Shown here piece after piece: positions 1 through 7,991 of a stretch of 32,000 nt of DNA (position 1 is the stretch's first letter; the number at the start of each line of letters is the position of its first letter). Location: NCBI GenBank assembly GCA_045568075.1, contig JBJLBP010000001.1, positions 210,001 to 242,000 on the forward strand, read 5' to 3'. The position numbers were made by a program, and so were the translations under genes. The notes under the pieces are model-generated. The model made no database searches. It was not told the origin of the DNA and was given only the letters and a program-made list of their open reading frames with translations. This DNA is from Candidatus Thalassarchaeaceae archaeon (GTDB taxonomy: Archaea > Thermoplasmatota > Poseidoniia > Poseidoniales > Thalassarchaeaceae).

Positions 1-501
1 ACCAGTGTCAGGTAAGCCGCCATCAGGAGAAGGGCAGACCATATCTGGATGGCTTACCACGAGCGGAACCCCACGATGCATCAACACGCTCGCCCGAGAC
101 AATTTCTCGTAAGTAATCTCAGTATCATAGCCCAAAACGACGTATTGCGGATCAGCGGAATCAGTCGAAACGCCCGCTTCCTCGAGCATCTCCTTCATCC
201 CATCAGTCCCGACAAGATAGGTTTCAGTAACTCCTTCACTATCCAACCAAGCCAACAAATCATGAGTCGAGAGCAGCACGTCTTCGGCAGCAGCTGGAAT
301 TCCCATACCGTGCAACTTCGCAACGTATTGCTTGACCGAACGACTCGAATTATTTGAGAGGAAATAACGCTTTATTCCTGCCTCCTCGAGTCGCCCCAAG
401 AAATCCAGTGAACCTTCGATTAGAGTGTCTCCAAGGTAGATAGTCCCATCTAAGTCAAGGAAAATTGCCTTGATTCCAGCCAGAGTCTTGTCGAGCGCCA
501 T
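1..501 (-). CDS. HAD-superfamily subfamily IIA hydrolase (NagD-like phosphatase); 3' end runs off the window
   Basis: Absent from the supplied ORF track because the window edge truncates it. My reverse-complement translation from CAT at 499-501 gives MALDKTLAGIKAIFLDLDGTIYLGDTLIEGSLDFLGRLEEAGIKRYFLSNNSSRSVKQYV...VVSHPDMVCPSPDGGLPDTG, with no stop down to position 1. DLDGT (HAD motif I) and the LSNNS motif fit HAD-IIA. It lies 8 nt downstream of the GGR gene on the same strand. Confidence 0.8.
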   Translation of the reverse strand, partial: MALDKTLAGIKAIFLDLDGTIYLGDTLIEGSLDFLGRLEEAGIKRYFLSNNSSRSVKQYVAKLHGMGIPAAAEDVLLSTHDLLAWLDSEGVTETYLVGTDGMKEMLEEAGVSTDSADPQYVVLGYDTEITYEKLSRASVLMHRGVPLVVSHPDMVCPSPDGGLPDTG

Positions 502-509
502 CAAATCAC

Positions 510-1922
510 CTACGGAAGCACGATTGTCTTGAACAGGAACCATGGATTCCACAAGACTTGCTGAGTTTCTTTGCTCGCGATCATCTCCGACATCAACTCG
601 CCGATGGCCGGTTTCCTCGATGCCTTTCCAATGACCAAATTGCACAGACGTTTCCATTTCATCATCCGCTGCAGTTTAGTCGAATTAGTCAGCTCTTTCC
701 CTAGAGAGTCCCAGAGTTCGATCATGTAGTCGACCGCAGCACTTTCTGGAAACCCTTCTGCGTGCGCGACGCGGTCGAAGTGCTTGCTCGTCATCTTCGC
801 TGAGAGTAGCGCGTTCCCAATCCCTTCACCGCTGAAGGGGTCAACAAGGCTAGCCGCATCGCCAACAGTCATTGCACCAGCCATTGCATTGCGCCGTGGC
901 TGGTAGGAAGGAGCCTTCTTTCTCGGCGAGCCGAATGGAAGTTGCCATCCTTTGGCTGAACCCTCCAACATCTTCGCATTAGCAAACCGCTTGCTGAACC
1001 GAGGGTGCTCTTTGATTACCCATTCCTGGATTTTCTTGAGTGATTTCTTCATGCCTGTCTGCTTGCGTTGTTCGGAAATCAGCATTCCGATCCCGACGTT
1101 GACGAGTCCGTCACGGACTGGGAAGAGCCAGAAGTAGCCAGGCAAAACTTCGTCGATGAAGTGAATTTCAATCGGCCCCTCTCCGCCCTCTAGGCCCTCG
1201 ACATCCTCCCAATACTCACGATAGCCTCCACAAAAATGCTCGTCGTCGCGTAAGGGTTCGTTGTTTATCCCCTTAGTAATGGCGCTGGCGACTGGGCAAT
1301 TGTAGCCGCCTGCACCAATAGTCACTCGCGATGTGAAGCTGAGTTCTGGGCCATCGCCTCTCTTGCCACCCGCTTTGCAACGTACTCCAGTAATGCGGGC
1401 AGAATCCCCCTCACCTTCGTGAGTGACTTCCAGCACGCTGAAACCTTGGATGACAGTTCCTCCATGTTCGCGAACAATCTCCTGAGAGCGATAGAACATC
1501 AACCAGTCGAATTGCTCGCGCGGTAGGGCATAACCAGATTGCAAACCTTTGGCAGCGTAGGCTTCCTTTGGCAGCATTACTTTTACTTCAGAGCCGTTTG
1601 TGCTGCCGAAGATGATTGAATCTACAACATAATGGGGGGAAGCATCGACGAGTTCGAGAACACCAAGCTCCTTGGCGTGAGAGAGTGATTTACCACCAAC
1701 TGCATCGCCACAGACCTTGTCTCGTGGCCAAACATCTTTCTCGATCAGCAACACATTGCATCCGTTCATTGCATTGTATGCTGCAGCCGCAGAACCACCC
1801 GGGCCGCCACCCACAACAATGACGTCGAAGTCGGCCCCATTTTCGGGCACTTCGCCGGTGTCGATTGGTTGTGTGTAGTCAATCACAGGAGCACCGCAGA
1901 ACCGTCGAGTGTCGTCGGGCAT
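510..1922 (-). CDS. FAD-dependent geranylgeranyl reductase family protein (archaeal lipid/isoprenoid saturation)
   Basis: 470-aa ORF. N-terminal dinucleotide-binding fold VIVVGGGPGGSAAAAYNAMNGCNVLLIEKD. Overall pattern (CGDAV, GDAASLVDPFSGEGI) matches the GGR/ChlP family. Confidence 0.85.
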   Translation of the reverse strand: MPDDTRRFCGAPVIDYTQPIDTGEVPENGADFDVIVVGGGPGGSAAAAYNAMNGCNVLLIEKDVWPRDKVCGDAVGGKSLSHAKELGVLELVDASPHYVVDSIIFGSTNGSEVKVMLPKEAYAAKGLQSGYALPREQFDWLMFYRSQEIVREHGGTVIQGFSVLEVTHEGEGDSARITGVRCKAGGKRGDGPELSFTSRVTIGAGGYNCPVASAITKGINNEPLRDDEHFCGGYREYWEDVEGLEGGEGPIEIHFIDEVLPGYFWLFPVRDGLVNVGIGMLISEQRKQTGMKKSLKKIQEWVIKEHPRFSKRFANAKMLEGSAKGWQLPFGSPRKKAPSYQPRRNAMAGAMTVGDAASLVDPFSGEGIGNALLSAKMTSKHFDRVAHAEGFPESAAVDYMIELWDSLGKELTNSTKLQRMMKWKRLCNLVIGKASRKPAIGELMSEMIASKETQQVLWNPWFLFKTIVLP

Positions 1923-1969
1923 TCAAACTTCACCATCGCATTGATTGCCTCGCATGCGAGCCGATAGAC

Positions 1970-2284
1970 ATGGCCGATGAGGTGATTGTGATTCAGACGA
2001 CGCTTCCAGGAGACTGGAATGAAGCCCTCGTAGGGGCTTGGTGCCATGCCTTGGTAGAGAGTGGATTGGCTGCGTGTGCACAGCGCTCACGAATTGCCTC
2101 AACATATCGCTGGGACGGAGATGTAGAGAGTGCTGATGAATGGCGTATTCAATGCAAGACGGACGCGACCCGTAAGGGCGCGCTCATCGCGGCAATCCTC
2201 GACGACCATCCATACGACATTCCCATGATATTGGCCTTCTCAGCCGAAACGTCGGCTGATTACGCAGCCTGGGTCAGCGAATAG
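1970..2284 (+). CDS. cutA: CutA1 divalent-cation tolerance protein
   Basis: From the internal ATG at 1970: MADEVIVIQTTLPGDWNEALVGAWCHALVESGLAACAQRSRIASTYRWDGDVESADEWRIQCKT...HPYDIPMILAF. The LAAC...S.Y.W.G......E......KT....HPY..P pattern is typical of CutA. The longer track ORF (from 1865) would overlap the GGR start. Confidence 0.8.
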   Translation: MADEVIVIQTTLPGDWNEALVGAWCHALVESGLAACAQRSRIASTYRWDGDVESADEWRIQCKTDATRKGALIAAILDDHPYDIPMILAFSAETSADYAAWVSE

Positions 2285-2291
2285 GCGGGTC

Positions 2292-2768
2292 TCACCAGCT
2301 AGCCAACCAACTCGCCGGCCCTTCGAAGTCATAGAACGAAACCATTGTCTGAGTATGCCCCATACCTTCGATAGAGGACAATCGGTCGAGAATAGAATCT
2401 CCTAGATCCTCCATATCTCGAGCAACGACCTCGATAACGAAATCCCATTGTCCTGTAACGATATGACAACTCTTCACGAATTCGTGTTCACAAATCTCAT
2501 TCGCGACTTCGCGCCGATCAGTCAACCCCCTATCTCCGTGCCAATTCGCTAGAATGAACGCATTCAATTGCCAACCCATTTCATCGGCTCCCATCTCGAC
2601 GGTAAATCTTCGAATCAGTCCCTTCTCTTGCATTCGCCGAATCCTGTCGTAAACGGTGACACGAGGTATGTCCAGTTCGGTTGCTATCGATTGAGTACTT
2701 CTTCGGGAATCTCCCCTCAGGATATCCATTATTCGACCATCCTTCTCGTCCAATTCGTCCATCGCCAT
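2292..2768 (-). CDS. Lrp/AsnC-family transcriptional regulator
   Basis: 158 aa. N-terminal HTH (LDEKDGRIMDILRGDSRRSTQSIATELDIPRVTVYDRIRRMQEKGLIRRFTV) followed by a RAM-type C-terminal domain. Transcribed divergently from the PLP enzyme gene. Confidence 0.85.
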   Translation of the reverse strand: MAMDELDEKDGRIMDILRGDSRRSTQSIATELDIPRVTVYDRIRRMQEKGLIRRFTVEMGADEMGWQLNAFILANWHGDRGLTDRREVANEICEHEFVKSCHIVTGQWDFVIEVVARDMEDLGDSILDRLSSIEGMGHTQTMVSFYDFEGPASWLASW

Positions 2769-2804
2769 GTCTTCTTTTGTTACGTCGGCCCTATTTCAAC
2801 AATA

Positions 2805-2819
2805 CCGACGAAACGTCGG
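2805..2819. promoter_or_regulatory. Perfect palindrome CCGACG-AAA-CGTCGG in the Lrp / PLP-enzyme divergent intergenic region; candidate operator
   Basis: Read directly: ccgacgaaacgtcgg at 2805-2819. An extra CGTCGG half-site sits at 2783-2788. The palindrome lies about 40-50 nt upstream of the Lrp start. Confidence 0.35.
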
Positions 2820-2839
2820 AATATCAAGAAAACCTCGTC

Positions 2840-2847
2840 AATTTATC
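2840..2847 (+). promoter_or_regulatory. TATA-box-like element (AATTTATC) upstream of the PLP-enzyme gene
   Basis: aatttatc at 2840-2847, about 60 nt upstream of ATG 2906. The same octamer recurs at 10894-10901 upstream of the first zinc-ribbon ORF. Confidence 0.3.
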
Positions 2848-2885
2848 GACGATTTACACATAAGTTCGGCGTTCAGTTGATTTCC

Positions 2886-2904
2886 ACCCCCCTCTTCGGG
2901 GGGT
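2886..2904 (+). promoter_or_regulatory. GC-only hairpin (A)CCCCCC-tcttc-GGGGGG(T) ending 2 nt before the start codon
   Basis: C6 at 2887-2892, loop tcttc at 2893-2897, G6 at 2898-2903, ATG at 2906. The stem would occlude the region just upstream of the start codon. Confidence 0.4.
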
Positions 2905-2905
2905 C

Positions 2906-4108
2906 ATGAACGAGAAACATTCCGACAAGGAATTCGCAACCCGCGCGGTTTGGTCAGGAACACAGAATGTCGAAGGAGCAGCAGTCACTCCTATCTTCCT
3001 TTCATCTACCTACCAACTTACCGATGAAGCCTATGCTGGCTGGGCTGCCGGCGCCCAGCACACAGCCCTCTACTCGCGTCTTTCGAGCATCAACTCAGAA
3101 GGCGTGGCGATGAAGCTCGCCCAGCTCGAAGGAGCAGAGGACGGCGAGACATTCGCTAGCGGAATGGCAGCCATTTCGACCACTCTCATGGGTCTTCTAT
3201 CAAGTGGCGACCACATGGTCGCCAGTGCAGATTGCTACGGCGGAACTTACGGCCTCATGACAGAAGATCTTCCGCGCTTCGGCATCGAAGTAACGATGGC
3301 CGATATGCGAGATCCATCATCTTACGAGGCTGCCATCCAAGAGAATACCAAGATCCTCTATGTAGAGACAATCACGAACCCGGTAATCAAGGTCTGCGAT
3401 CTCGAAGCGATGGCTGCTATCGCCAAAAAGCACGGACTAATCGCAATTGTCGACAATACATTCGCTTCACCATACGCCTGTAATCCAATCGATTACGGCT
3501 TTGATCTGGTGATTCATTCAGGCACAAAGTACCTCGGTGGACACTCAGACCTCATTGCCGGACTCGTCGTCGGTCGCAAGGACCTCGTTGCGGAAATATT
3601 CCCAAAGAAGGTTCACTTTGGTGGCGCAGCAGACCCACACATGTGCTACATGCTCGAGCGCGGCATGCGAACTCTCCACGCGCGCATGCCGATTCATACA
3701 GCGAATGCAGCAGAACTCGCGCTCCGTCTAGAAGCTCACGACATGATTGATTATGTCAATCATCCAAGTCTTCCATCAAGCCCAGATTACGAGGTTGCTC
3801 AGCGCATCATTCCACACGGAACCGGCATGATGGGATTCGTCGTCAAGGGCGGCGACGAAGCGGCTTTGAGTTTCATGAGGAATCTCGACATAATTTTCGA
3901 AGCAACCAGCCTTGGAGGGGTAGAGAGTTTGGTAGAGTGCCCATTCAACTCCAGCCACATGTTCGTTCCTGAAGAAGTGCGCAACGAAGCAGGAGTCATT
4001 CCTGGATTCGTTCGTATGAGTGTTGGTATTGAGAGCGTTGAAGACCTTTGGAATGATATCGCTACAGCTCTGGCTCAGACAGAAGCACATCTAGCAACCC
4101 TCGCATAA
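2906..4108 (+). CDS. Cys/Met-metabolism PLP-dependent enzyme (cystathionine gamma-synthase / O-acylhomoserine sulfhydrylase / methionine gamma-lyase family)
   Basis: 400 aa. Motifs SGMAAI, DCYGGTY, VDNTFASPY and the PLP-lysine block HSGTKYLGGHSDLIAGLVVG. Confidence 0.85.
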   Translation: MNEKHSDKEFATRAVWSGTQNVEGAAVTPIFLSSTYQLTDEAYAGWAAGAQHTALYSRLSSINSEGVAMKLAQLEGAEDGETFASGMAAISTTLMGLLSSGDHMVASADCYGGTYGLMTEDLPRFGIEVTMADMRDPSSYEAAIQENTKILYVETITNPVIKVCDLEAMAAIAKKHGLIAIVDNTFASPYACNPIDYGFDLVIHSGTKYLGGHSDLIAGLVVGRKDLVAEIFPKKVHFGGAADPHMCYMLERGMRTLHARMPIHTANAAELALRLEAHDMIDYVNHPSLPSSPDYEVAQRIIPHGTGMMGFVVKGGDEAALSFMRNLDIIFEATSLGGVESLVECPFNSSHMFVPEEVRNEAGVIPGFVRMSVGIESVEDLWNDIATALAQTEAHLATLA

Positions 4109-4121
4109 TCGAGGTGAGCGT

Positions 4122-4721
4122 TTGAACGAAGCAGATTTCGTTGCTTTGCTAGTCTTCATTTTGCCAATGTGCTTCACGCCCGGACCTAACAACCTCCTCT
4201 GTGCGGCTCACGGTTCTCAGCATGGCTTCCGCGCAACAATTCCCCTTTCCCTTGGGATGTTCGCCGGTTGGTCCCTCTTGGGAGTCGCGGTCGGCGTAGG
4301 CACAGTCTTCATCGAAGAAAATGAGGCGTTATTCCTCGGCTTGACTTACATCGGCGCGGCCTACATTGCTTACCTTGGTTGGAAGGTAGCTACATCGAAG
4401 CCCGAATCGGTTGACGCCGAGGATACCGAACGCCTCGGCTTCCTCACAGGCCTGGCTCTACAAGTTGTCAATGGGAAGGCCTGGATCCACTTTCTTGTTA
4501 TCATGGCCTCTTGGAGCACACTTTTCGGAACTGGCTTTGGCGGCAAAGTCATTCTCGTTGCGGTGAACGGTATCTTTGGTTACCCAGCTGTCCTCACTTG
4601 GGCAGCATTTGGCATGGGTCTCAGTAAAATATTCTCGACTCCAGAAAAGGCTAGAATCCTGAACGGAGCACTAGGATTATCTCTTATTCTAGTCGCGATT
4701 TGGGTTGCCTTACCACATTAG
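4122..4721 (+). CDS. LysE/RhtB-family amino-acid exporter
   Basis: 199 aa, TTG start, multiple hydrophobic segments. N-terminal FTPGPNNLL signature of the LysE/RhtB family. Sits 13 nt after the PLP enzyme gene. Confidence 0.75.
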   Translation: MNEADFVALLVFILPMCFTPGPNNLLCAAHGSQHGFRATIPLSLGMFAGWSLLGVAVGVGTVFIEENEALFLGLTYIGAAYIAYLGWKVATSKPESVDAEDTERLGFLTGLALQVVNGKAWIHFLVIMASWSTLFGTGFGGKVILVAVNGIFGYPAVLTWAAFGMGLSKIFSTPEKARILNGALGLSLILVAIWVALPH

Positions 4722-4840
4722 TCACAATTATGACCAATACCCATTGTTGGACACAACCAATCGTGACAAATTTCACACTGCCAGATATTCCCAGAGCATT
4801 CTGTCTTCAGGCAATGACAAACCGAACATTTTCCGACCAT
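4718..4840 (-). CDS. Cys-rich micro-protein (40 aa core; the ORF could extend to 4924)
   Basis: MVGKCSVCHCLKTECSGNIWQCEICHDWLCPTMGIGHNCD has 8 Cys and 3 His. It shares an N-terminal M-x-G-[KR]-C-x-[VI]-C and a C-x(2,3)-C-x-[DE]-W-[LV]-C block with ORF 5202-5372. I chose the start by that paralog alignment. Its 3' end overlaps the LysE stop by 4 nt (convergent). Confidence 0.45.
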   Translation of the reverse strand: MVGKCSVCHCLKTECSGNIWQCEICHDWLCPTMGIGHNCD

Positions 4841-4946
4841 AATTTTTCTGAAATTAACAGATTTGTTAAACATTTTTGACCTTTTAACCGCCTTTTTGAA
4901 CATATTGTAGGGAGGGATTAACAAAGACCTCTATTCAGAATGCATC

Positions 4947-5225
4947 ATGGCTCACATACCAGGTACAGGTCACGCAAACAGAAGAAGAAGTTTGGCTAAG
5001 ACTCTCACATGGAGAACTATTGGAACATTGGATACAATATTGATCGCTTCCTTCCTTTCCAAGAGTTTGGCCATCGGACTCGGCGTAGGAGTAACTGAAT
5101 TATTCACAAAGATGTTTCTGTATTACTTCCATGAAAGAGCATGGAGTAGGTCAGATTGGGGCTTGGAAGATGTTCCGATAGAGACACCAGAATCAATAGA
5201 ATCAACAGCAACTGTTCTCAGTTGA
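4947..5225 (+). CDS. Small membrane protein, DUF2061-like
   Basis: 92 aa. SLAKTLTWRTIGTLDTILIASFL...GVTELFTKMFLYYFHERAW resembles, from my memory, the DUF2061 pattern (TWR...T......YY.HER.W). Two hydrophobic helices. Confidence 0.55.
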   Translation: MAHIPGTGHANRRRSLAKTLTWRTIGTLDTILIASFLSKSLAIGLGVGVTELFTKMFLYYFHERAWSRSDWGLEDVPIETPESIESTATVLS

Positions 5226-5372
5226 TTCACACACCCATTCTCCACAACCTCGTGGACAACGATAGTGGTCTTCAGGACACCCATATCCTAGTGTCAGACA
5301 TCTGAGAAAATGCCTTCCATGATGTCCTTGGTCGTCGGGGCTTTCATCACAAATATGACATCTTCCAGCCAT
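5202..5372 (-). CDS. Cys-rich micro-protein (56 aa core; the ORF could extend to 5405), paralog of 4718-4840
   Basis: MAGRCHICDESPDDQGHHGRHFLRCLTLGYGCPEDHYRCPRGCGEWVCESTENSCC has 9 Cys. It lies directly downstream of the 565-aa ORF (stop at 5408). Its 3' end overlaps the DUF2061-like gene by 24 nt (convergent). Confidence 0.45.
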   Translation of the reverse strand: MAGRCHICDESPDDQGHHGRHFLRCLTLGYGCPEDHYRCPRGCGEWVCESTENSCC

Positions 5373-5407
5373 GTTTTCTGTGATACCAATGTTCTTTTTT
5401 AACAATC

Positions 5408-7105
5408 CTATTGACCTGTAAAACTACTTCCTGATACTTCCGCCAGCCACTTCATCGAATTGACATAATCCTCTTTCGCGTCGAGTATGTCTTTGTTGAG
5501 CAAGGAATCTGCAGCATCCCATAGCGCAGTCATCGCTGGCACCCAATCTCCACCTTTGTCGCGACTTGATTCATCGAATCTCCATGCGTCTGATTCGGTA
5601 CGTTCGTGAACGACCAACCAAGCCCAACCCATCGCTGAATCGAGCCCCTTCGCCTTTCGACACATAGCCACAGTCGAAGCTATTCCGTCTTCGGCAGCCT
5701 TGCGAATTAGTGACTCAGCAAAGTCGAGAGGGCCGGGTAATACCCCTTCTTCCCAAGGCAACCGTTCCAGCCTTCTGGCTGATGAGACGGATCCCTTGAG
5801 TTCGCGCAGGAAAGCACCGAAGCCCTGTTTCCTGCGCGCTTGTTTCGAATACAATTCTTCGGCCTCTTCTCCGACGAGGCCAAACATCGATTCGAGGATA
5901 TCCAAACCATTCTCTTCCCACAGCGCTACGAGTACCGGATGACATGCACTATCTTCGAATCGAATCACATCGTTCTCGGACTCAAGCACGACACCATCGG
6001 CACGCACCATCGCCCCACCTTCCATCGAGTCGAGTACGATGTTCAGAGCCTCACGCTCCTCCTCACTTCCTTGCAGATACGCGAGGAAGTCATCGCGGGC
6101 GTCCGTGGCGAACCAGTGATTGCCCGCGATGTAGCCCTCCTCAATCGTTCCAAGTATTGCATCTCGGGCCGAGCGAGAGAGTTTATCGTCGGGCAAAGCG
6201 AGGTTCATCCAAGCGAGCAGCACCTCATCTAAGCGCTCGCGACCTGCCTCAGGGAGCTCACGTTCAACCGGCCATCCGGCCGGTCGCCACATCCATTCCG
6301 CCTCAGCGATCGCCGATATTTTCGGCGGCATCATCGCAAGAGCAATTGAGGGCACAAAAGGCTCATTTCCAGTTTTTGCAAGAGCAGCACCCGTAAGTCC
6401 CACTGTGACCTCACCGAATTCTAATCTCAACCATCCTGATTCTGTGAATTCGCCTTTTTCGACAATTTCTTTTTCCAAGCCTTTTGACCATCGGACTTCA
6501 TCTCCTGACAGATCGATCGTCGACCTATCCAGGCTATCATCAATCCATTCTGCAGGTGCCTTAGCTTCTTGTCCCGAGCAAACGAAGCCACCATCCCATG
6601 AGAAGAACCACCAGCCGGCTTTTGCGTGGTCGTCCCAGACCAAAAGCCGAAGCCGAGAGTGGTTAAAATTCTGAATTCCAACCATGTGAGATTGTTTCCC
6701 ATTCCCTCGACGAATGAAGCTCGAAGCACCATAGATTGGGCTGTTATACACAGAAACGGTCGAGGTATCTGCCTCACCAGCAGCCAGCAAACTTCCAGCC
6801 AATGCGCGACAAACCACATCACCACGACGCTTTGTCATACGCTTGGTTAGCCAACGACGGTCGTGCCTTTTCTTCGACACTGCATCGATGTTTTTGATGG
6901 TAGCAGCGAGCATATCTCGGCGGGGTTTTCCGAGTTCGCAATCAATGTCGGGAAGGAATGCTTCTGGATTCTCAAGGAGAGTTTCGAGATTGCGGTCGAG
7001 CCGCTGTTGTATTTGCTTGGATGCCTTCTTGATTCCGCGCACGCGAACCTTCCTTCGGCGATTCTTATCGCCGGGAAAGCTAACTTCAGCGGGGGGCTTT
7101 GCCAT
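5408..7105 (-). CDS. Hypothetical protein, 565 aa, no recognised domain
   Basis: Long uninterrupted ORF with a basic N-terminus (KNRRRKVRVRGIKKASK) and a Trp-rich, acidic body. The many + strand ORFs overlapping it are low-complexity shadows. Confidence 0.7.
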   Translation of the reverse strand: MAKPPAEVSFPGDKNRRRKVRVRGIKKASKQIQQRLDRNLETLLENPEAFLPDIDCELGKPRRDMLAATIKNIDAVSKKRHDRRWLTKRMTKRRGDVVCRALAGSLLAAGEADTSTVSVYNSPIYGASSFIRRGNGKQSHMVGIQNFNHSRLRLLVWDDHAKAGWWFFSWDGGFVCSGQEAKAPAEWIDDSLDRSTIDLSGDEVRWSKGLEKEIVEKGEFTESGWLRLEFGEVTVGLTGAALAKTGNEPFVPSIALAMMPPKISAIAEAEWMWRPAGWPVERELPEAGRERLDEVLLAWMNLALPDDKLSRSARDAILGTIEEGYIAGNHWFATDARDDFLAYLQGSEEEREALNIVLDSMEGGAMVRADGVVLESENDVIRFEDSACHPVLVALWEENGLDILESMFGLVGEEAEELYSKQARRKQGFGAFLRELKGSVSSARRLERLPWEEGVLPGPLDFAESLIRKAAEDGIASTVAMCRKAKGLDSAMGWAWLVVHERTESDAWRFDESSRDKGGDWVPAMTALWDAADSLLNKDILDAKEDYVNSMKWLAEVSGSSFTGQ

Positions 7106-7129
7106 ATTGTCGCCTCCTGATTCCTCGCT

Positions 7130-7957
7130 TCATCGTTGGCCCTTGCGGCGCTCGTAGGCTTCGCGCTCCAAGCCGCTGAATTCAGCGGGTAAAATCAGAC
7201 AGTGAATACGCCCTCTATCGACCTTTGCGATATCCTCAAGATTGCCCGAAACCACCCTCTGGTCGGGCGTTCCAAGGTCGCTGAGAAGAATAGAATCCCA
7301 CTGCGCGATGGGTGTGCTCATACTGTCTCTAGTGTCGCCTTCTCGCTCGGTCAGCCGCTCTGCCATTTTTTGGAGAAGTTCGACTGCCTGGGCCGGGCGC
7401 ATAGGTTGTGGTTGTTCGACACCCATTCCAGTTGGGTCGAGGTCCAATAGAACGAGGGTGTGTAGGTCGGAGCGGTAGTTCGCATCGATCAGTTCGAGAG
7501 GGGATGTTGGCAGGTAATCACCGTAAGCGAATGGTAGTGTTACTTGGCGGCCGAAGCGGTAAGATTGCAGGCCGGATAATGATACTGCGAGGGATGTCGC
7601 GCTGAGGCCTGGAATAACGGAAAATTCGATTGACTGCTCGTCACAATGTGCTTCTAAATCGATGTGAGTTGTGGCTTGCATGGGATCACCTACGACTAGC
7701 AGAGCAACGGGACTGTTTCGAGCTAATTCGAGGATTTCCGATGGTTTTTCGACCTCTGGTCGCATGGCTCGCTGCCATGGTCCTATGAGTGATTCAAGCC
7801 GACTTTCTTGGTCGCTTGGCAGTGTTGCTGTGTAGCCTTCTAGAAATCTGTGTTCACAGGCGCGAGCGTGCTCGATAGCATCGGCTGTCATCAGCCCTAG
7901 GTCACCTGGACCAAGGCCAATGAGCCAGAGCCCTGCGGGGAGCGCGCCGTCCGTCAT
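7130..7957 (-). CDS. dphB: Diphthine synthase (EF-2 diphthamide biosynthesis methyltransferase)
   Basis: From the internal Met: MTDGALPAGLWLIGLGPGDLGLMTADAIEHARACEHRFLEGYTA...VALLVVGDPMQATTHIDL...IPGLSA. This is the tetrapyrrole-methylase fold pattern of Dph5/DphB. The 343-aa track ORF adds an unsupported N-terminal extension that overlaps the next gene. Confidence 0.8.
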   Translation of the reverse strand: MTDGALPAGLWLIGLGPGDLGLMTADAIEHARACEHRFLEGYTATLPSDQESRLESLIGPWQRAMRPEVEKPSEILELARNSPVALLVVGDPMQATTHIDLEAHCDEQSIEFSVIPGLSATSLAVSLSGLQSYRFGRQVTLPFAYGDYLPTSPLELIDANYRSDLHTLVLLDLDPTGMGVEQPQPMRPAQAVELLQKMAERLTEREGDTRDSMSTPIAQWDSILLSDLGTPDQRVVSGNLEDIAKVDRGRIHCLILPAEFSGLEREAYERRKGQR

Positions 7958-7991
7958 GGTGAAGCGGGGGGTGTGCCTGCCCGTCATCAAC

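Noticed and set aside
49-357. 102-aa + strand ORF from the supplied track
   Set aside because: It lies antisense to the well-supported HAD-IIA hydrolase CDS (1-501, minus strand), which has clear family motifs. The + strand product has no recognisable features.
1865-1969. 35-codon upstream extension of the cutA ORF
   Set aside because: It overlaps the GGR start region on the other strand. CutA homology begins right after the internal ATG at 1970.
5700-7157. Series of + strand ORFs (5700-5942, 5840-6232, 5944-6396, 6405-6674, 6626-6850, 6843-7157, 6863-7120) and short minus-strand ORFs (5707-5910, 5715-5945, 6427-6825)
   Set aside because: All are nested in or antisense to the single 565-aa ORF. 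Their products are Arg/Ser/Pro-rich with no motifs. They are typical shadow ORFs of a moderately GC-rich gene.
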